A stretch of DNA of 64,000 nt from an uncultured virus (IMG/VR IMGVR_UViG_3300042430_001364) (IMGVR_UViG_3300042430_001364), one strand, 5' to 3'; positions 39,101 to 48,255 are shown, counted from the stretch's first letter. Program-made: numbers and translations. Notes: a model not told the origin generated them from the letters alone.

Positions 39101-41818
39101 TGCTCTTTCTAAGATTCTGGTTCCGCCTTTGATCAATGCCGCACAATATCCAAACGCAGAAGAAGAACCATTATGCGATCTTCCAATTTTAAATACTTCT
39201 GTTGCTGCGTAAGTATTCCAAGTGGAGCTTGGAGTAAACGAATTACTGATTTGTGATCCATTTGAAAGAACAATAATAACGTCTCCGTTAGAAGCTCCTG
39301 TAAATACTGCGTGGCTCCATAAATCATTCAATGAAGATATTGCAGATCCAGTAATTAAAGCTCCAGCAGAACTTAATCTTACCGCTCTAATTTCTGAAGT
39401 GGCAGTAGCTACTGAAGAATTATTAACCGTCACTTCGCTTGTTGTGCCAATTCCATAAGAAACAACTCCAGTCCAAGTTCCTACTGAGTCAATAATTTGA
39501 CCATATGTTGCTGCTCCAACTGTATCTATATCAACCTCTAAATCAGAAAAGACTCCAGAGATATTGCTAAATGTTAGAGAATCCCATCTTGGATTACCAG
39601 AAGCTACAGTATTTGCTGGAAATTGATAAGGAATTCCGCTCAAAACCGTTTGCCCCTGCGTTGGCGATCCCGATATTCTTTCTTCGATTGCGTGTACGTC
39701 AACGATTGCAGACTTCAATAAGAATTCTCCTGTAACAGTGATTACAGAGCCATATCCAGCATTATTATAGCCAGATATATTAAGCTTCTTCACTTGAGTT
39801 TGCCGTCTCGCTCTAATTTGTTCAAGCGTACCTGTGAATCCTCCGTCTTCACCAGTTAAAGCGTTTAAGTCTGAAACTGCATAATTTCCAGATGGAATAT
39901 GAACGAAAATCCCAGAATCTAAACCATCTTTAAATTCTCCGTCGATTTTAATCGTTGAAGCGTTAGCATCGACTTCTAATATGCGCCCGAATGTTCTTGC
40001 GACGTTTCTAATCTCGTCACTTACGGTGAACAAGTCGCCGGGTTGAAGATAAGCCGCTTCCAAGCCTCCAACGAAGCTAACGGTATCAACCTCAAATATA
40101 GAAGTGCTAATGACGTATCTGCCAATTCTCTTTGCTTCTGATCTAGAAGTGCAACCAGCAGCGTTAATTTTAAATGGATTTAAACCATATTTTCTGATAC
40201 CATCGGTATCTTCAATGTATTCGATTTTTGTTTTATAAGAATCGTATCTATCGTTGTAAGTCACTTCAACAGAAGTGTAACGCATATTTCTTGCTGTTTC
40301 CGTATAGTTAAATACTCCGTCCTTAACAGAAGAGTTGCTGAAATTCATTAACTGCTCTTTTGGTCTATCAACAAAGAAAGAGAATCCTTCTGTGTTCCAA
40401 AACACAATGCCTTTAAAGATTGCGGCAATATCTTTTAAGATATTATAAGCTTGATCTTTGTTATAGAAGATAATGTTGCAGGTGTATCTTGGCTCAAGTC
40501 CTCCTTGACCATCTGGCACGCCTTTAAATCTTCCATCATCATCAACGCCATCGCAGTAACGGCCAATATCATAAAGATTCCACTTATCAACAGAAGACGA
40601 ATCAATATAATTACCTAAACCATAATTAGGATCAGTGATAATGTCGTATAAAATCCAAGCAGGATTATCTGTCCAGCCAATTTTAAATGTTCCGTCCCAA
40701 TTACCATAGTAAATTTTATTGCTATCGTAAAAATTAGAATCGCAAAACTGACTTAACTTAGAGTCAGCGTCGTTAATCATGCAGAATTTTCCGCCACCAG
40801 TGTCTTCTGACAATTCTCTTAACGTTCTCGTTCCACTGAAATTTTGATCGCTATGTAAATAATAAAAGTTAATGCAGTTTTCTCTTGCGTGAGATAGTAA
40901 AGTATCGTATGTTTCAGGAGACATTACTTCTGGAACTGTTCCAGAGAAATAAACTACTTTTCTTACTGTGTTTATCCAAAGACGCTTAGTTACATTAGAT
41001 TCTGAAGTTTTTCCTACTTGATCACTGATACTGAACTGACTCTTTCTTAAAAAGAAATTTGCGATAACTGTTTCTGCGATGTTTTCGCTAGCAACTGTAA
41101 TTTTTTTAGAAAAATCCAAAGCATCGTAAAGCTTCTTGTATAAATTGGTTTGATTCGCTCCTGTAGAATCTGGTGTTTCAAGTTCTGTAAATGTTTCGTC
41201 TCCAAGGTAAGCTCCAAAATATGATACTGAATCCTTTGTCGATTCGTTTATTACATAAGAACCACTTGCTTTTGTTTCCCAAATAGAAAATCTGACATAC
41301 TTGTATCCAGAAATGATTTTCGTAATCATGTCTTTCAAGTTTCTACTTAAAAGAGAACGTGTAGCAAAATCCATGTTTTGATCTACCATGAAGATAACAT
41401 CCAAATCATTTGGATTTCCATCATAATCTGGATTAGCGTAAACATAACGACGATCCAAACCGTTGCCGCCCAAAGGATAGTAATTAGAAGGAATCTTTAC
41501 CTTCTTCATCTTTACGTCGTATTCTCTTTTAGGAGGACTGGAGAACGTTCTTGAATCAAATTTTAATCCAGCATGAGCTGTCATTGGATACGAGAAGCTT
41601 CTATCAACAATCTCGATGACTGACTCTACGCTAAGATCTCTTTTGACTAACGGAGAAATAGTTTCTGGCGTAAGTTTCTCAATAGTCAAATATCTATCTC
41701 TGCCATTAAACGAATCTGGCAATATAATTTCTTCGTTATCGGTAGAAATAGATACTGATACTGGATTAATAACTCCATTTCCTCCGTGATCAGTTTGATC
41801 GTCTGGTTCGTGTGACAT
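36137..41818 (-). CDS. Tail tip / host-specificity protein J, central and C-terminal part, with inserted domains
   Basis: SYP..AGLKFDSRTF..VKIPSNY, WDGTFK..WTDNPAWILYD..YGLG, EPRYTCN, GCTSRSEA.R.GR, PGDLF; FN3-like repeat. Confidence 0.9.
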   Translation of the reverse strand: MSHEPDDQTDHGGNGVINPVSVSISTDNEEIILPDSFNGRDRYLTIEKLTPETISPLVKRDLSVESVIEIVDRSFSYPMTAHAGLKFDSRTFSSPPKREYDVKMKKVKIPSNYYPLGGNGLDRRYVYANPDYDGNPNDLDVIFMVDQNMDFATRSLLSRNLKDMITKIISGYKYVRFSIWETKASGSYVINESTKDSVSYFGAYLGDETFTELETPDSTGANQTNLYKKLYDALDFSKKITVASENIAETVIANFFLRKSQFSISDQVGKTSESNVTKRLWINTVRKVVYFSGTVPEVMSPETYDTLLSHARENCINFYYLHSDQNFSGTRTLRELSEDTGGGKFCMINDADSKLSQFCDSNFYDSNKIYYGNWDGTFKIGWTDNPAWILYDIITDPNYGLGNYIDSSSVDKWNLYDIGRYCDGVDDDGRFKGVPDGQGGLEPRYTCNIIFYNKDQAYNILKDIAAIFKGIVFWNTEGFSFFVDRPKEQLMNFSNSSVKDGVFNYTETARNMRYTSVEVTYNDRYDSYKTKIEYIEDTDGIRKYGLNPFKINAAGCTSRSEAKRIGRYVISTSIFEVDTVSFVGGLEAAYLQPGDLFTVSDEIRNVARTFGRILEVDANASTIKIDGEFKDGLDSGIFVHIPSGNYAVSDLNALTGEDGGFTGTLEQIRARRQTQVKKLNISGYNNAGYGSVITVTGEFLLKSAIVDVHAIEERISGSPTQGQTVLSGIPYQFPANTVASGNPRWDSLTFSNISGVFSDLEVDIDTVGAATYGQIIDSVGTWTGVVSYGIGTTSEVTVNNSSVATATSEIRAVRLSSAGALITGSAISSLNDLWSHAVFTGASNGDVIIVLSNGSQISNSFTPSSTWNTYAATEVFKIGRSHNGSSSAFGYCAALIKGGTRILERASKTLNDIGSIKFIYRDLLAMSKLQPYYTIVQADIGNQQQSSFSAWKPNINYKRGVYVQVDSKPYYAKVDHVSSASFTDDYLSATPTFSKWSLGSNLGYSTVGFPKDFFGKNKVLVSGSLTTAHVVDAFNSIGIEMYEGPGPLGQTDLRNLAEIDGIGYSGLIYGTGYPIGFYNLDLSTSPQNLNSLEPGGLYVLSGSGVEPKFYKTIATKEEEANLYGIVGLEYHPNKEDYVEREIDDTSSTIYVKSPYDIILKPEEPTNLLYNGIYGGTGISLSWTASTTDVADFTGYKIYVSRPDYSTTHDSALTEFYFVPKTALSTGIPINDIYGQYDIDVYTQGKAPYKFLSRSAASKTFHVLPASTLTVYSDGANRSVDRVLVTGMRVDTADVKSLGYNVIWYPREDQPVATRQTTLVGYGQGNFTSSDVTFRWRYIDPTGGVISTVEKMRNNPFMSFPPNVKIEVLDIGGNVLESVENYQGLSYRIDQDANKRLTSRETVDYKNVLPTRNLSLRVTVKGVNDLDSYGRYNSFNVLPEYDNIQVIDSFQDSPYYVLSGFFGNTQGVKLAVWNSGQDNVVTGSGIRGADSLLIRSETGEITYENIVEAFKSADGFDGVGEGSVRTVLARPAGDGITINYRGSDPDYTAYVNYYEDLAKYYDNNVNKSTSKEVWGQEHYSQYGLNEGRELFKLNDGTFGDADLNLVPSDKVGFSGLSITVFPEAVSYNELVFNCHSPTSNKDVYKVDIYSGDSAAFTPDTTDFTNLHKEQGLNETRAYVNTIRLSSSTIERNKWYYFKFQPYDDFGKGVMSTVVSGYLEDKVDKAPISKPVDFRLNGGADQNDEILASQMAQASNKNLKFKIVSFGTDVNWTALGATTVLIGSEFKYSGTAYSGTGGTVKRVEEVVALTEKETEALLNMKAETKSTVTVPEDIEEGSSYNMMNNGKEDIYIKTSSAAGSAGGKTITILKPGERTEIIRIGDEWIDSRGDNLYLD

Positions 41819-41831
41819 AAATTATTATAGT

Positions 41832-42386
41832 TTATTGCGCTGTTATTGCAAATGTTCTAATGTTATTGGTTGCATTTCCGCCAGTGGCGGTTAAAACTAT
41901 CATAGCATTGTCTGGCGAAGCTGCATTTACATAAACAGAATGACTTCCAACTGCCAGTTTAGATGTAATTTCCGCTGGAATTGTGAAACTGAAGTTGCCG
42001 TTCGTTTCTATTTGAGTCGCTGCTGCTTCTACTTGGTAAGCTGGATAAGTAGAGGTTGTTCTAGATACATCTATTTGAGCTACTATTTTAGTAGCTGGCA
42101 TTAGCGTGGTGTTAGCTCCTTGCGATAATAAATATGTCGCAGTGCCGCTAATTGTTATTGGTGTACCTTTTACGTAGCTTGTGGGAGAAAACTCGTTAAA
42201 TATTTTAGATGCTCCAGCTCCAGTTCCAATTGAACTAGCGGTATAATTTAATCTGACTACTGCTTTGGGAGTATAATCGACCATCTTGCGTTTAGTTAAA
42301 AAATTTATCAACGACAATACGCTAGAATAATTTCTAGGTTTAATTTTTAACGCTTTATCTTCTTGAACTGTTCTTATAATAGGCAT
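41832..42386 (-). CDS. Ig-like beta-sandwich protein lying between the two J fragments
   Basis: Thr/Ala/Ser-rich; PITISGTA..NGNFSFTIP..LAVGSHSVYVNA. Confidence 0.6.
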   Translation of the reverse strand: MPIIRTVQEDKALKIKPRNYSSVLSLINFLTKRKMVDYTPKAVVRLNYTASSIGTGAGASKIFNEFSPTSYVKGTPITISGTATYLLSQGANTTLMPATKIVAQIDVSRTTSTYPAYQVEAAATQIETNGNFSFTIPAEITSKLAVGSHSVYVNAASPDNAMIVLTATGGNATNNIRTFAITAQ

Positions 42387-42389
42387 TGG

Positions 42390-43292
42390 TTAAGTTTGGA
42401 ATTCATTAGATATGATTACATCAGCGGCACTATGCACTCTAATTTCGGGGAATGAATTAGATGAATAATTTACTGATATAGTTGCTCCGTTACCTCCGTT
42501 TGCAAAAGGATTAGAAGAACTTGCTCCAGCGCTGTAAGTTGAAGGCGCTTGAGTATAGCTTGTGCTTCCATTTCCAATCATATAAGCCCAAGGACTTTGA
42601 ACTAATCCTGAAATTGGAATTCGTTTTGAAGAATAAACAGAACTTCCTTCTACTCCCCATTTAAATATCAAATCTAAACTTGATGATTTACTCATACCCA
42701 TTTCTCCAGCTATGCCCGCCCCTTTGCCTTGGTCAACCGTATCCATCAAAGCTTCTACAATTAAACTCACTTTTAATTTTTTGACATCTCTGTTTTTAAT
42801 TTTATGGACAAATAAATAAGGATCTTGTGCTTTATCTGGCCATCCTTCTGAGTTGATAGCCCATTTTGTAAAGTTTCTTGCTTCTCCTCCGTTTGGATTC
42901 GCTCTTACATCTTGTTCAGTAGTTATTGGACCAAGTAACTTAAAATTAGCTGGTTTTGCGATATGAACATTTTTAAAATTAACTAATGGTTTTTGATTTT
43001 CGGTGCCAAAATTAATCTCCATCATGACGTTTCTATAATTATACTCGCCTTTATAGTTCATTACGGCATTTCCGTTAAGATATATACCTTTCAACATATC
43101 TAAACCATAAACCTTTTTACCATATTGATCTACTAGTCCATAGATTGGTCCTTCACAAATCAAATCTACACACTCGTATATAGATATTGATTTCTTTAAA
43201 TTTTGTTTATCAGGAGGCGGAACAAGAGCTGGCACAGGTGGTTTGCTTCCACCAGCTCCTTTTATAAATCTTAATGGATTTAATATTTTCAT
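42390..43292 (-). CDS. Tail tip protein J, N-terminal part
   Basis: GAGG.., DLICEGPIYGLVD, GIYLNG..YNY..GTENQ. Confidence 0.85.
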   Translation of the reverse strand: MKILNPLRFIKGAGGSKPPVPALVPPPDKQNLKKSISIYECVDLICEGPIYGLVDQYGKKVYGLDMLKGIYLNGNAVMNYKGEYNYRNVMMEINFGTENQKPLVNFKNVHIAKPANFKLLGPITTEQDVRANPNGGEARNFTKWAINSEGWPDKAQDPYLFVHKIKNRDVKKLKVSLIVEALMDTVDQGKGAGIAGEMGMSKSSSLDLIFKWGVEGSSVYSSKRIPISGLVQSPWAYMIGNGSTSYTQAPSTYSAGASSSNPFANGGNGATISVNYSSNSFPEIRVHSAADVIISNEFQT

Positions 43293-43293
43293 C

Positions 43294-46200
43294 TTATTTC
43301 TCTTGTTTTATAGCTGGATCATTATAAGATAACGCGGGATCTATTACTGCTCTTGCAGATGTATTAGCAAGTGTCGCATTAAATGTTATTGAAATTTTTA
43401 CTGGTGCAGATTTTAATTCCAAAGCGCCTATTTTTGCAGAGCATTGCCATTGAGCGTTATAAACAGAAAGCCCTGATTTTGAAGAAGCTGGTCTTTGCGA
43501 CACAAACCGAACCAACCGATTAGAAGTAGCGGAAGTTTGTTGCGCGTAACTTAACAAATCTTCAAAAACAAAACCGCCGCTACCAGTTGGTGATCCTGCT
43601 GTTTTAAAGAATACTGTTCCAACGGAAGAAGATGGAGCGCCAATAGCTGTCCAATTTGTTGTGCCAGAAGTAATAATCTTGTATTTTCTTCCGACTTTCA
43701 TAGCTGACGCCGCAATGGGCAGCGCCTTACTTCTAAACTTTGCTGATTTAGAAACATTCAAATCATTTAAAACTGAATAAAATAATTTGTCTTTTGCGAT
43801 TAATGCGTAAGAAGAATAAGAGCCGCCATCTAATTTTGATTTGCTGTATAAACTAATACCATCGGAACCAATGCCATCTTGAAATCTTGCATACAAACGG
43901 TGATAGCCAAGAGTGAGAGTGATTTCTTCAGTTGTTGAACTTAAATCAGCTATTTCAGGAGCTTGAGCTAAATTCATATCAAATCCATGATTTCCGTAAA
44001 AAGAGCTTGCGAGCTGACCATCAATGTAAAGATCAGCAGCGTCATCTGAGTCTATTTTAAATGAATATTTATTGACCGGATATATTTTCCCATTACCTAA
44101 AGAAGATGGAACAGTTGCATTTTTGGTGAATGTCATTCCTAATTCTGGCATTATTGCCGCTCCTTCAGCTCCAGTTAATCCTAATTCAGCCCATTGTCCA
44201 GTATCTCCTATCTTTACGATTTCGTAAGTAATTCCTTGTTGAGCGTCGTAAGAGTTGATAACTTTTGTTTTGTCTATCTCTACATACAAGTAGCCGTAAA
44301 ATTCCATTGCGTAATTATCTAAAGAATTTCTATCAAGAGTTGAACTTGTTATCGTTCTTAAGTTAGTCATGTTCAATTCTTGATCATAAACGCCTTGAAC
44401 AGTATATGCTGGGAAATTATCAATTAGCGAATCAAGGTCCGCTTTATTTGCTGGAGAAGTGGTTGGTCCTGCGACTTCTAACCAAGCAGAAGCCCAATCG
44501 CCCCCTAAAGCTGCTAAATTTGGTATAACTCCAGTATTAAGCTTTAGCGCTTTGAACGTTGACTGAAGAGTTGGCGGTGTTATTTCTGCCCAAAAAGAAG
44601 TGTTGACGGCATTGTTTACTATTGGAAACGGTTGAACTTCTATTAAAGCGTTTGCTGTTGTGGCTACTGTGTAAGTTTCTGTTGAAATTGCGCCAGTTAT
44701 TACGAATTTAAATGTATCTGTTGTCACTTCTGTAATCGTTCTTGTTCCACTTGGATAAACTGTTCCAGTTAAGCCTTCAATAATAACAACGTTACCTACG
44801 CTTAATCCGTGAGATGAGCTTGTTACTGTTACAGTAGTTAAATTTCTTGATGCGGCGGTGATTTTTTTAGGAAAATATCCTGATTGAGTCGCTACAAAAT
44901 AACGTGTTAAAATAGCTTTTGGATAATTTGCTACTGCATATGTTTCCGTAGAGGTTCCGCTGACTAAATCGTAAGTAAATGTATTTGACGTTGCCGTTGT
45001 TTTTATTGTTTTTAATCCGTTAGCGTTTGTAGTTCCAGTTAACCCAGATATATCTACAACGTTTCCAACAACAAAACCATGATCTGTTTTCGTTGTAATC
45101 GTGACGGTCAAAGTTGATCTCGCCGCCGCTGTTATATCACTGGTTTGAAGATATTTTGTAATTTCTTTTCGTACAAATTTATAAGAAGAGTCGAATGTTG
45201 GAAAATTTAAATTAGCGAATTCTGTTGGACCCCATGTTACTAAAGTGTTCGTCGGATATTGTACAAAATAATTAGCAGCAGTGTTTACTGAGTTTGTCGA
45301 TTTAGTTTTTAGTTCAAATTTATTTGGATTATATGATCTATAAGCTAAACCATTTTGAAATGAGAACGCAGTTTCTATTGCAACAGCTCCTTTCTTTGTT
45401 GCCGACAGCTCTTTCCAATCGTAAACAATATCAGGATTGTATGTAGATAAATCAGGATTAGATACAGTTTCTCCGTTTGTTGTAACCACAACTTCAACTG
45501 GATCTGTCGCAACTTTTCCTGCTGAACTTGTAATGACATTAATATAAGAATTTAATATATTAATAGTTGAGAAAATTTGGCTTTCAGAATCGTTTGCTGA
45601 TTGATTGGTAGAGAATCCGTCTGCGTTTAAGCCATAAGGAGATGGAGCCTCATCTTCTGAAACTAACTCAGTATAATCATTGATTGGCTTATCAACAGGA
45701 GTCATCAACTGTTTTATATCTGTAGCTAATGGATGATGATTTGTGGCTGCGCTAATTTGTGAAGAGCCAATTAACAATCTTCCGTATCCAACAGGAACAG
45801 CTTGTCCTTGAGATACGTTGCTAGGCTTGTTACCGAAAAGATAAGATTTGCCGCCAGCAGCTACTTCTTGATTAAAGTCTGGTTTGGGTTGTGGGAATAA
45901 AAGAGACATTGCTCCTTGAATGGCTAAACTAACGCCTACGCTGGCCACAACAGATCCTAAAGCGGTCAACGACCCAACCGCAGCTCCAGCTGTAGCTGCT
46001 GCACTTCCAGCTGTTACGGATAATCCCATTGCCCCAGCTAAAGCAGGAGCAGCAGCACCAGCAGTTATAGCTACAAGGGCTACGCCAGCAGCTAACATCA
46101 ATATACCTCCTGAATTACCTCCAGCTCCCCAAACAACAGGAACGATGTGCATTTCCTTTGGAGCTTTTTGAACATCTAACTCTTTAGGATTGCTCAATAC

Positions 46201-46380
46201 TTCATCGTCTATAACAATTCTATATAGCACTCCTTTGATAGCTAATTTTTTAACAGTATGAGCAAAAGTTTTTTTATTCGCGTTAATAGCCGAAAATACT
46301 TCTTTTGGAGAGCTAATGTTTAATTTAAAACATTCTCCAAATAAATTACGCAACTCTCCATGTAGATATACGTTAGTCAT
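43294..46380 (-). CDS. Tail assembly protein I (lambda gpI-like) with long C-terminal extension (tandem beta repeats, PA14)
   Basis: VYLHGELRNLFG, IVPVVWGAG, Ala/Gly hydrophobic stretch, SYLFG..N..QGQAVPVGYGRLLIGS; SDDAADLYIDG. Confidence 0.88.
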   Translation of the reverse strand: MTNVYLHGELRNLFGECFKLNISSPKEVFSAINANKKTFAHTVKKLAIKGVLYRIVIDDEVLSNPKELDVQKAPKEMHIVPVVWGAGGNSGGILMLAAGVALVAITAGAAAPALAGAMGLSVTAGSAAATAGAAVGSLTALGSVVASVGVSLAIQGAMSLLFPQPKPDFNQEVAAGGKSYLFGNKPSNVSQGQAVPVGYGRLLIGSSQISAATNHHPLATDIKQLMTPVDKPINDYTELVSEDEAPSPYGLNADGFSTNQSANDSESQIFSTINILNSYINVITSSAGKVATDPVEVVVTTNGETVSNPDLSTYNPDIVYDWKELSATKKGAVAIETAFSFQNGLAYRSYNPNKFELKTKSTNSVNTAANYFVQYPTNTLVTWGPTEFANLNFPTFDSSYKFVRKEITKYLQTSDITAAARSTLTVTITTKTDHGFVVGNVVDISGLTGTTNANGLKTIKTTATSNTFTYDLVSGTSTETYAVANYPKAILTRYFVATQSGYFPKKITAASRNLTTVTVTSSSHGLSVGNVVIIEGLTGTVYPSGTRTITEVTTDTFKFVITGAISTETYTVATTANALIEVQPFPIVNNAVNTSFWAEITPPTLQSTFKALKLNTGVIPNLAALGGDWASAWLEVAGPTTSPANKADLDSLIDNFPAYTVQGVYDQELNMTNLRTITSSTLDRNSLDNYAMEFYGYLYVEIDKTKVINSYDAQQGITYEIVKIGDTGQWAELGLTGAEGAAIMPELGMTFTKNATVPSSLGNGKIYPVNKYSFKIDSDDAADLYIDGQLASSFYGNHGFDMNLAQAPEIADLSSTTEEITLTLGYHRLYARFQDGIGSDGISLYSKSKLDGGSYSSYALIAKDKLFYSVLNDLNVSKSAKFRSKALPIAASAMKVGRKYKIITSGTTNWTAIGAPSSSVGTVFFKTAGSPTGSGGFVFEDLLSYAQQTSATSNRLVRFVSQRPASSKSGLSVYNAQWQCSAKIGALELKSAPVKISITFNATLANTSARAVIDPALSYNDPAIKQEK

Positions 46381-46735
46381 AGTATTTCTTGAGTATCTCT
46401 ATATACTCTTTGTTTACATGAGGAACCTTTGGAACGATAAGATTAAATTTTTCTGTTTGTTTGCTATAAATTAAATAAGGAATACATGAATTTTCGCAAT
46501 TAAATCGGTCAAACTTTGATTCTTCTTCTTCTGTTTTAGGGTGAGTATGGTAAATAGCGGCAAGTTTTCCGCTTTTGATTTGCTTGATAACTTCTAAAGG
46601 ATGAATCTCAAACACATCGTTTTCGTACACAGCAATGTTCTTTGCTGGTTCAGTTTTGATTTCTCCATCTTCAATACGAACAAACCCACAAACCTCAACA
46701 TTTGATGCGGCTGCGTGATCAATAATAGATTTCAT
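46373..46735 (-). CDS. Tail assembly protein K-like, JAB/MPN domain only
   Basis: EVCG..YHTHP..SKFD; no NlpC/P60 half. Confidence 0.85.
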   Translation of the reverse strand: MKSIIDHAAASNVEVCGFVRIEDGEIKTEPAKNIAVYENDVFEIHPLEVIKQIKSGKLAAIYHTHPKTEEEESKFDRFNCENSCIPYLIYSKQTEKFNLIVPKVPHVNKEYIEILKKYYD

Positions 46736-46737
46736 GG

Positions 46738-48255
46738 TTATTGTTGAGACATACCGTACTCTTCTGTGCCGGGGAAGCCGCCAAAAGGCAGTCCATCTTG
46801 ATTTCCAAATCTTAATTTACATCCTTTAATGCTTTTCGAGCACTGATCAGGAATCCAATATTCTTTATTGAAATAAGGATCTTTTGTACTGGTTGATGTA
46901 TGATTTTTTGAGCAAACAAATACTTTATGAATCGGCTCCCAATTCGGAACAGCGTTAATATCAGATTTAGTTACTTTGATATTATGATTTTCACGATACA
47001 CATAGTCGCCAACTTTATAATTGTAGTTACTAATCCATTTATCTTTATTCACTAATAGACCAAAACTTGATTCATTAATTCCAATATATTTAGAGATTGC
47101 GGAATCTGTTCCAAATCTTTGAGAGCTTGTCAAAGTCGAAGCTTCATCTACATCGTAATAGTATCTAGAAACAGGAACAGCGGCCCATGATGTAACTGCT
47201 GGCGGTTTATAGTAAATAGTTAAAGCTCCACCACCTCCTTGATTGTACCATCTAATCAAAACTCTATGATAACCTTCTTTTAAGAAAATAGTTCCATCTG
47301 CTTGTGGAGCGGTTGTGTTTTGTGGACCTTCGCCATAATCCCCAGCGATTACATCTCCATCAATAAACAATTCAGCAGCATCGTCAGGATCAACTCCAAG
47401 AGAATAACTTCCAGCTTGTCCTTTATCTACTTTAAAGTATCCGAGAAATTCGGTGAATACATACGTATCATTAGTTACGGTTACCGAACTAACTACGGAT
47501 TCGGAAGAAAATGTGGCGGCTGCAATTTTAGAAGTAAACTCAGAAGAATTTGCTGGAGAAGCTGGATTTCCAGTAGTTGTATAAACTCTTTTTAAAAGAC
47601 CAGCTCTAAAATCAGTTGCTACAGAAAGCTTTAAATCATTTTCATCAGCAACAGGCGCGCCCATGTAACGGCATCCATTTCCTCTGTAATGAAAAGAACA
47701 GTAACGAGACATTACAATTCTTTTCGGAAAATTGACGCCATCAAGTTCAAGTGGAGAAGCCAACTCAAATTCTACAACAGCTTTGCTTTCGCTAGACCGT
47801 CTTAAAATAAAGAATACTTGATCTTCTAAGCCAGCTTTTGGATCTGCGCTACCATAAGGATTAGCTCCAAGAGGTTTAGCCGCTGTTGGCGAAAAGTTTT
47901 TATCGTCTAGAAATTTAACAAAAGTACGCTTTCTGACTACTTTTGCACCAACTAAGTTGCTATATCTTCTGATCAAGTTAGATACGAAAAAATCTTGATT
48001 AGAAACTGCTAGCTTTGGTCTTGGAAGCGAACCATCGCCTTTACTCTCAAATCCAGAGCTTTGAATCGGAAACGGCGCATACTCTTCGCCTTGCCAATAA
48101 ACAGAACCTTCTATTCCATTAGTGCCGCCATGAATGTAAAGCTTTTCGTCAGGAAAGTTAACGTAATCATAGTAAATGACAAAAAACTCTAACAGCGCGG
48201 ATGGTTCCAGCGAGAATAGAGCAGTATTGACTTTATGATTAGAATCCCTTGACAT
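46738..48255 (-). CDS. Minor tail protein L (lambda gpL-like) with PA14 insertion
   Basis: YWQGEEY.PFPIQSSGFE..LPRPKL, RKRTFVKFLD, FELASPL, C..YRGNGC, DQCSKSIKGCKLRF..LPFGGFPG. Confidence 0.9.
   Translation of the reverse strand: MSRDSNHKVNTALFSLEPSALLEFFVIYYDYVNFPDEKLYIHGGTNGIEGSVYWQGEEYAPFPIQSSGFESKGDGSLPRPKLAVSNQDFFVSNLIRRYSNLVGAKVVRKRTFVKFLDDKNFSPTAAKPLGANPYGSADPKAGLEDQVFFILRRSSESKAVVEFELASPLELDGVNFPKRIVMSRYCSFHYRGNGCRYMGAPVADENDLKLSVATDFRAGLLKRVYTTTGNPASPANSSEFTSKIAAATFSSESVVSSVTVTNDTYVFTEFLGYFKVDKGQAGSYSLGVDPDDAAELFIDGDVIAGDYGEGPQNTTAPQADGTIFLKEGYHRVLIRWYNQGGGGALTIYYKPPAVTSWAAVPVSRYYYDVDEASTLTSSQRFGTDSAISKYIGINESSFGLLVNKDKWISNYNYKVGDYVYRENHNIKVTKSDINAVPNWEPIHKVFVCSKNHTSTSTKDPYFNKEYWIPDQCSKSIKGCKLRFGNQDGLPFGGFPGTEEYGMSQQ
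48249..48254 (+). promoter_or_regulatory. Sigma70-type -35 box
   Basis: TTGACA starting 37 nt before ATG 48286. Confidence 0.5.

Noticed and set aside
42384..42392. Genome-wide stop-codon reassignment suggested by the in-frame TAA between J fragments
   Set aside because: TAA, TAG and TGA all end full-length conserved genes here (nrdA, gmd, recA), and the only tRNA seen is not a suppressor.
36137..48255. Diversity-generating retroelement acting on tail genes
   Set aside because: No reverse transcriptase and no near-identical TR/VR pair were noticed in the window.
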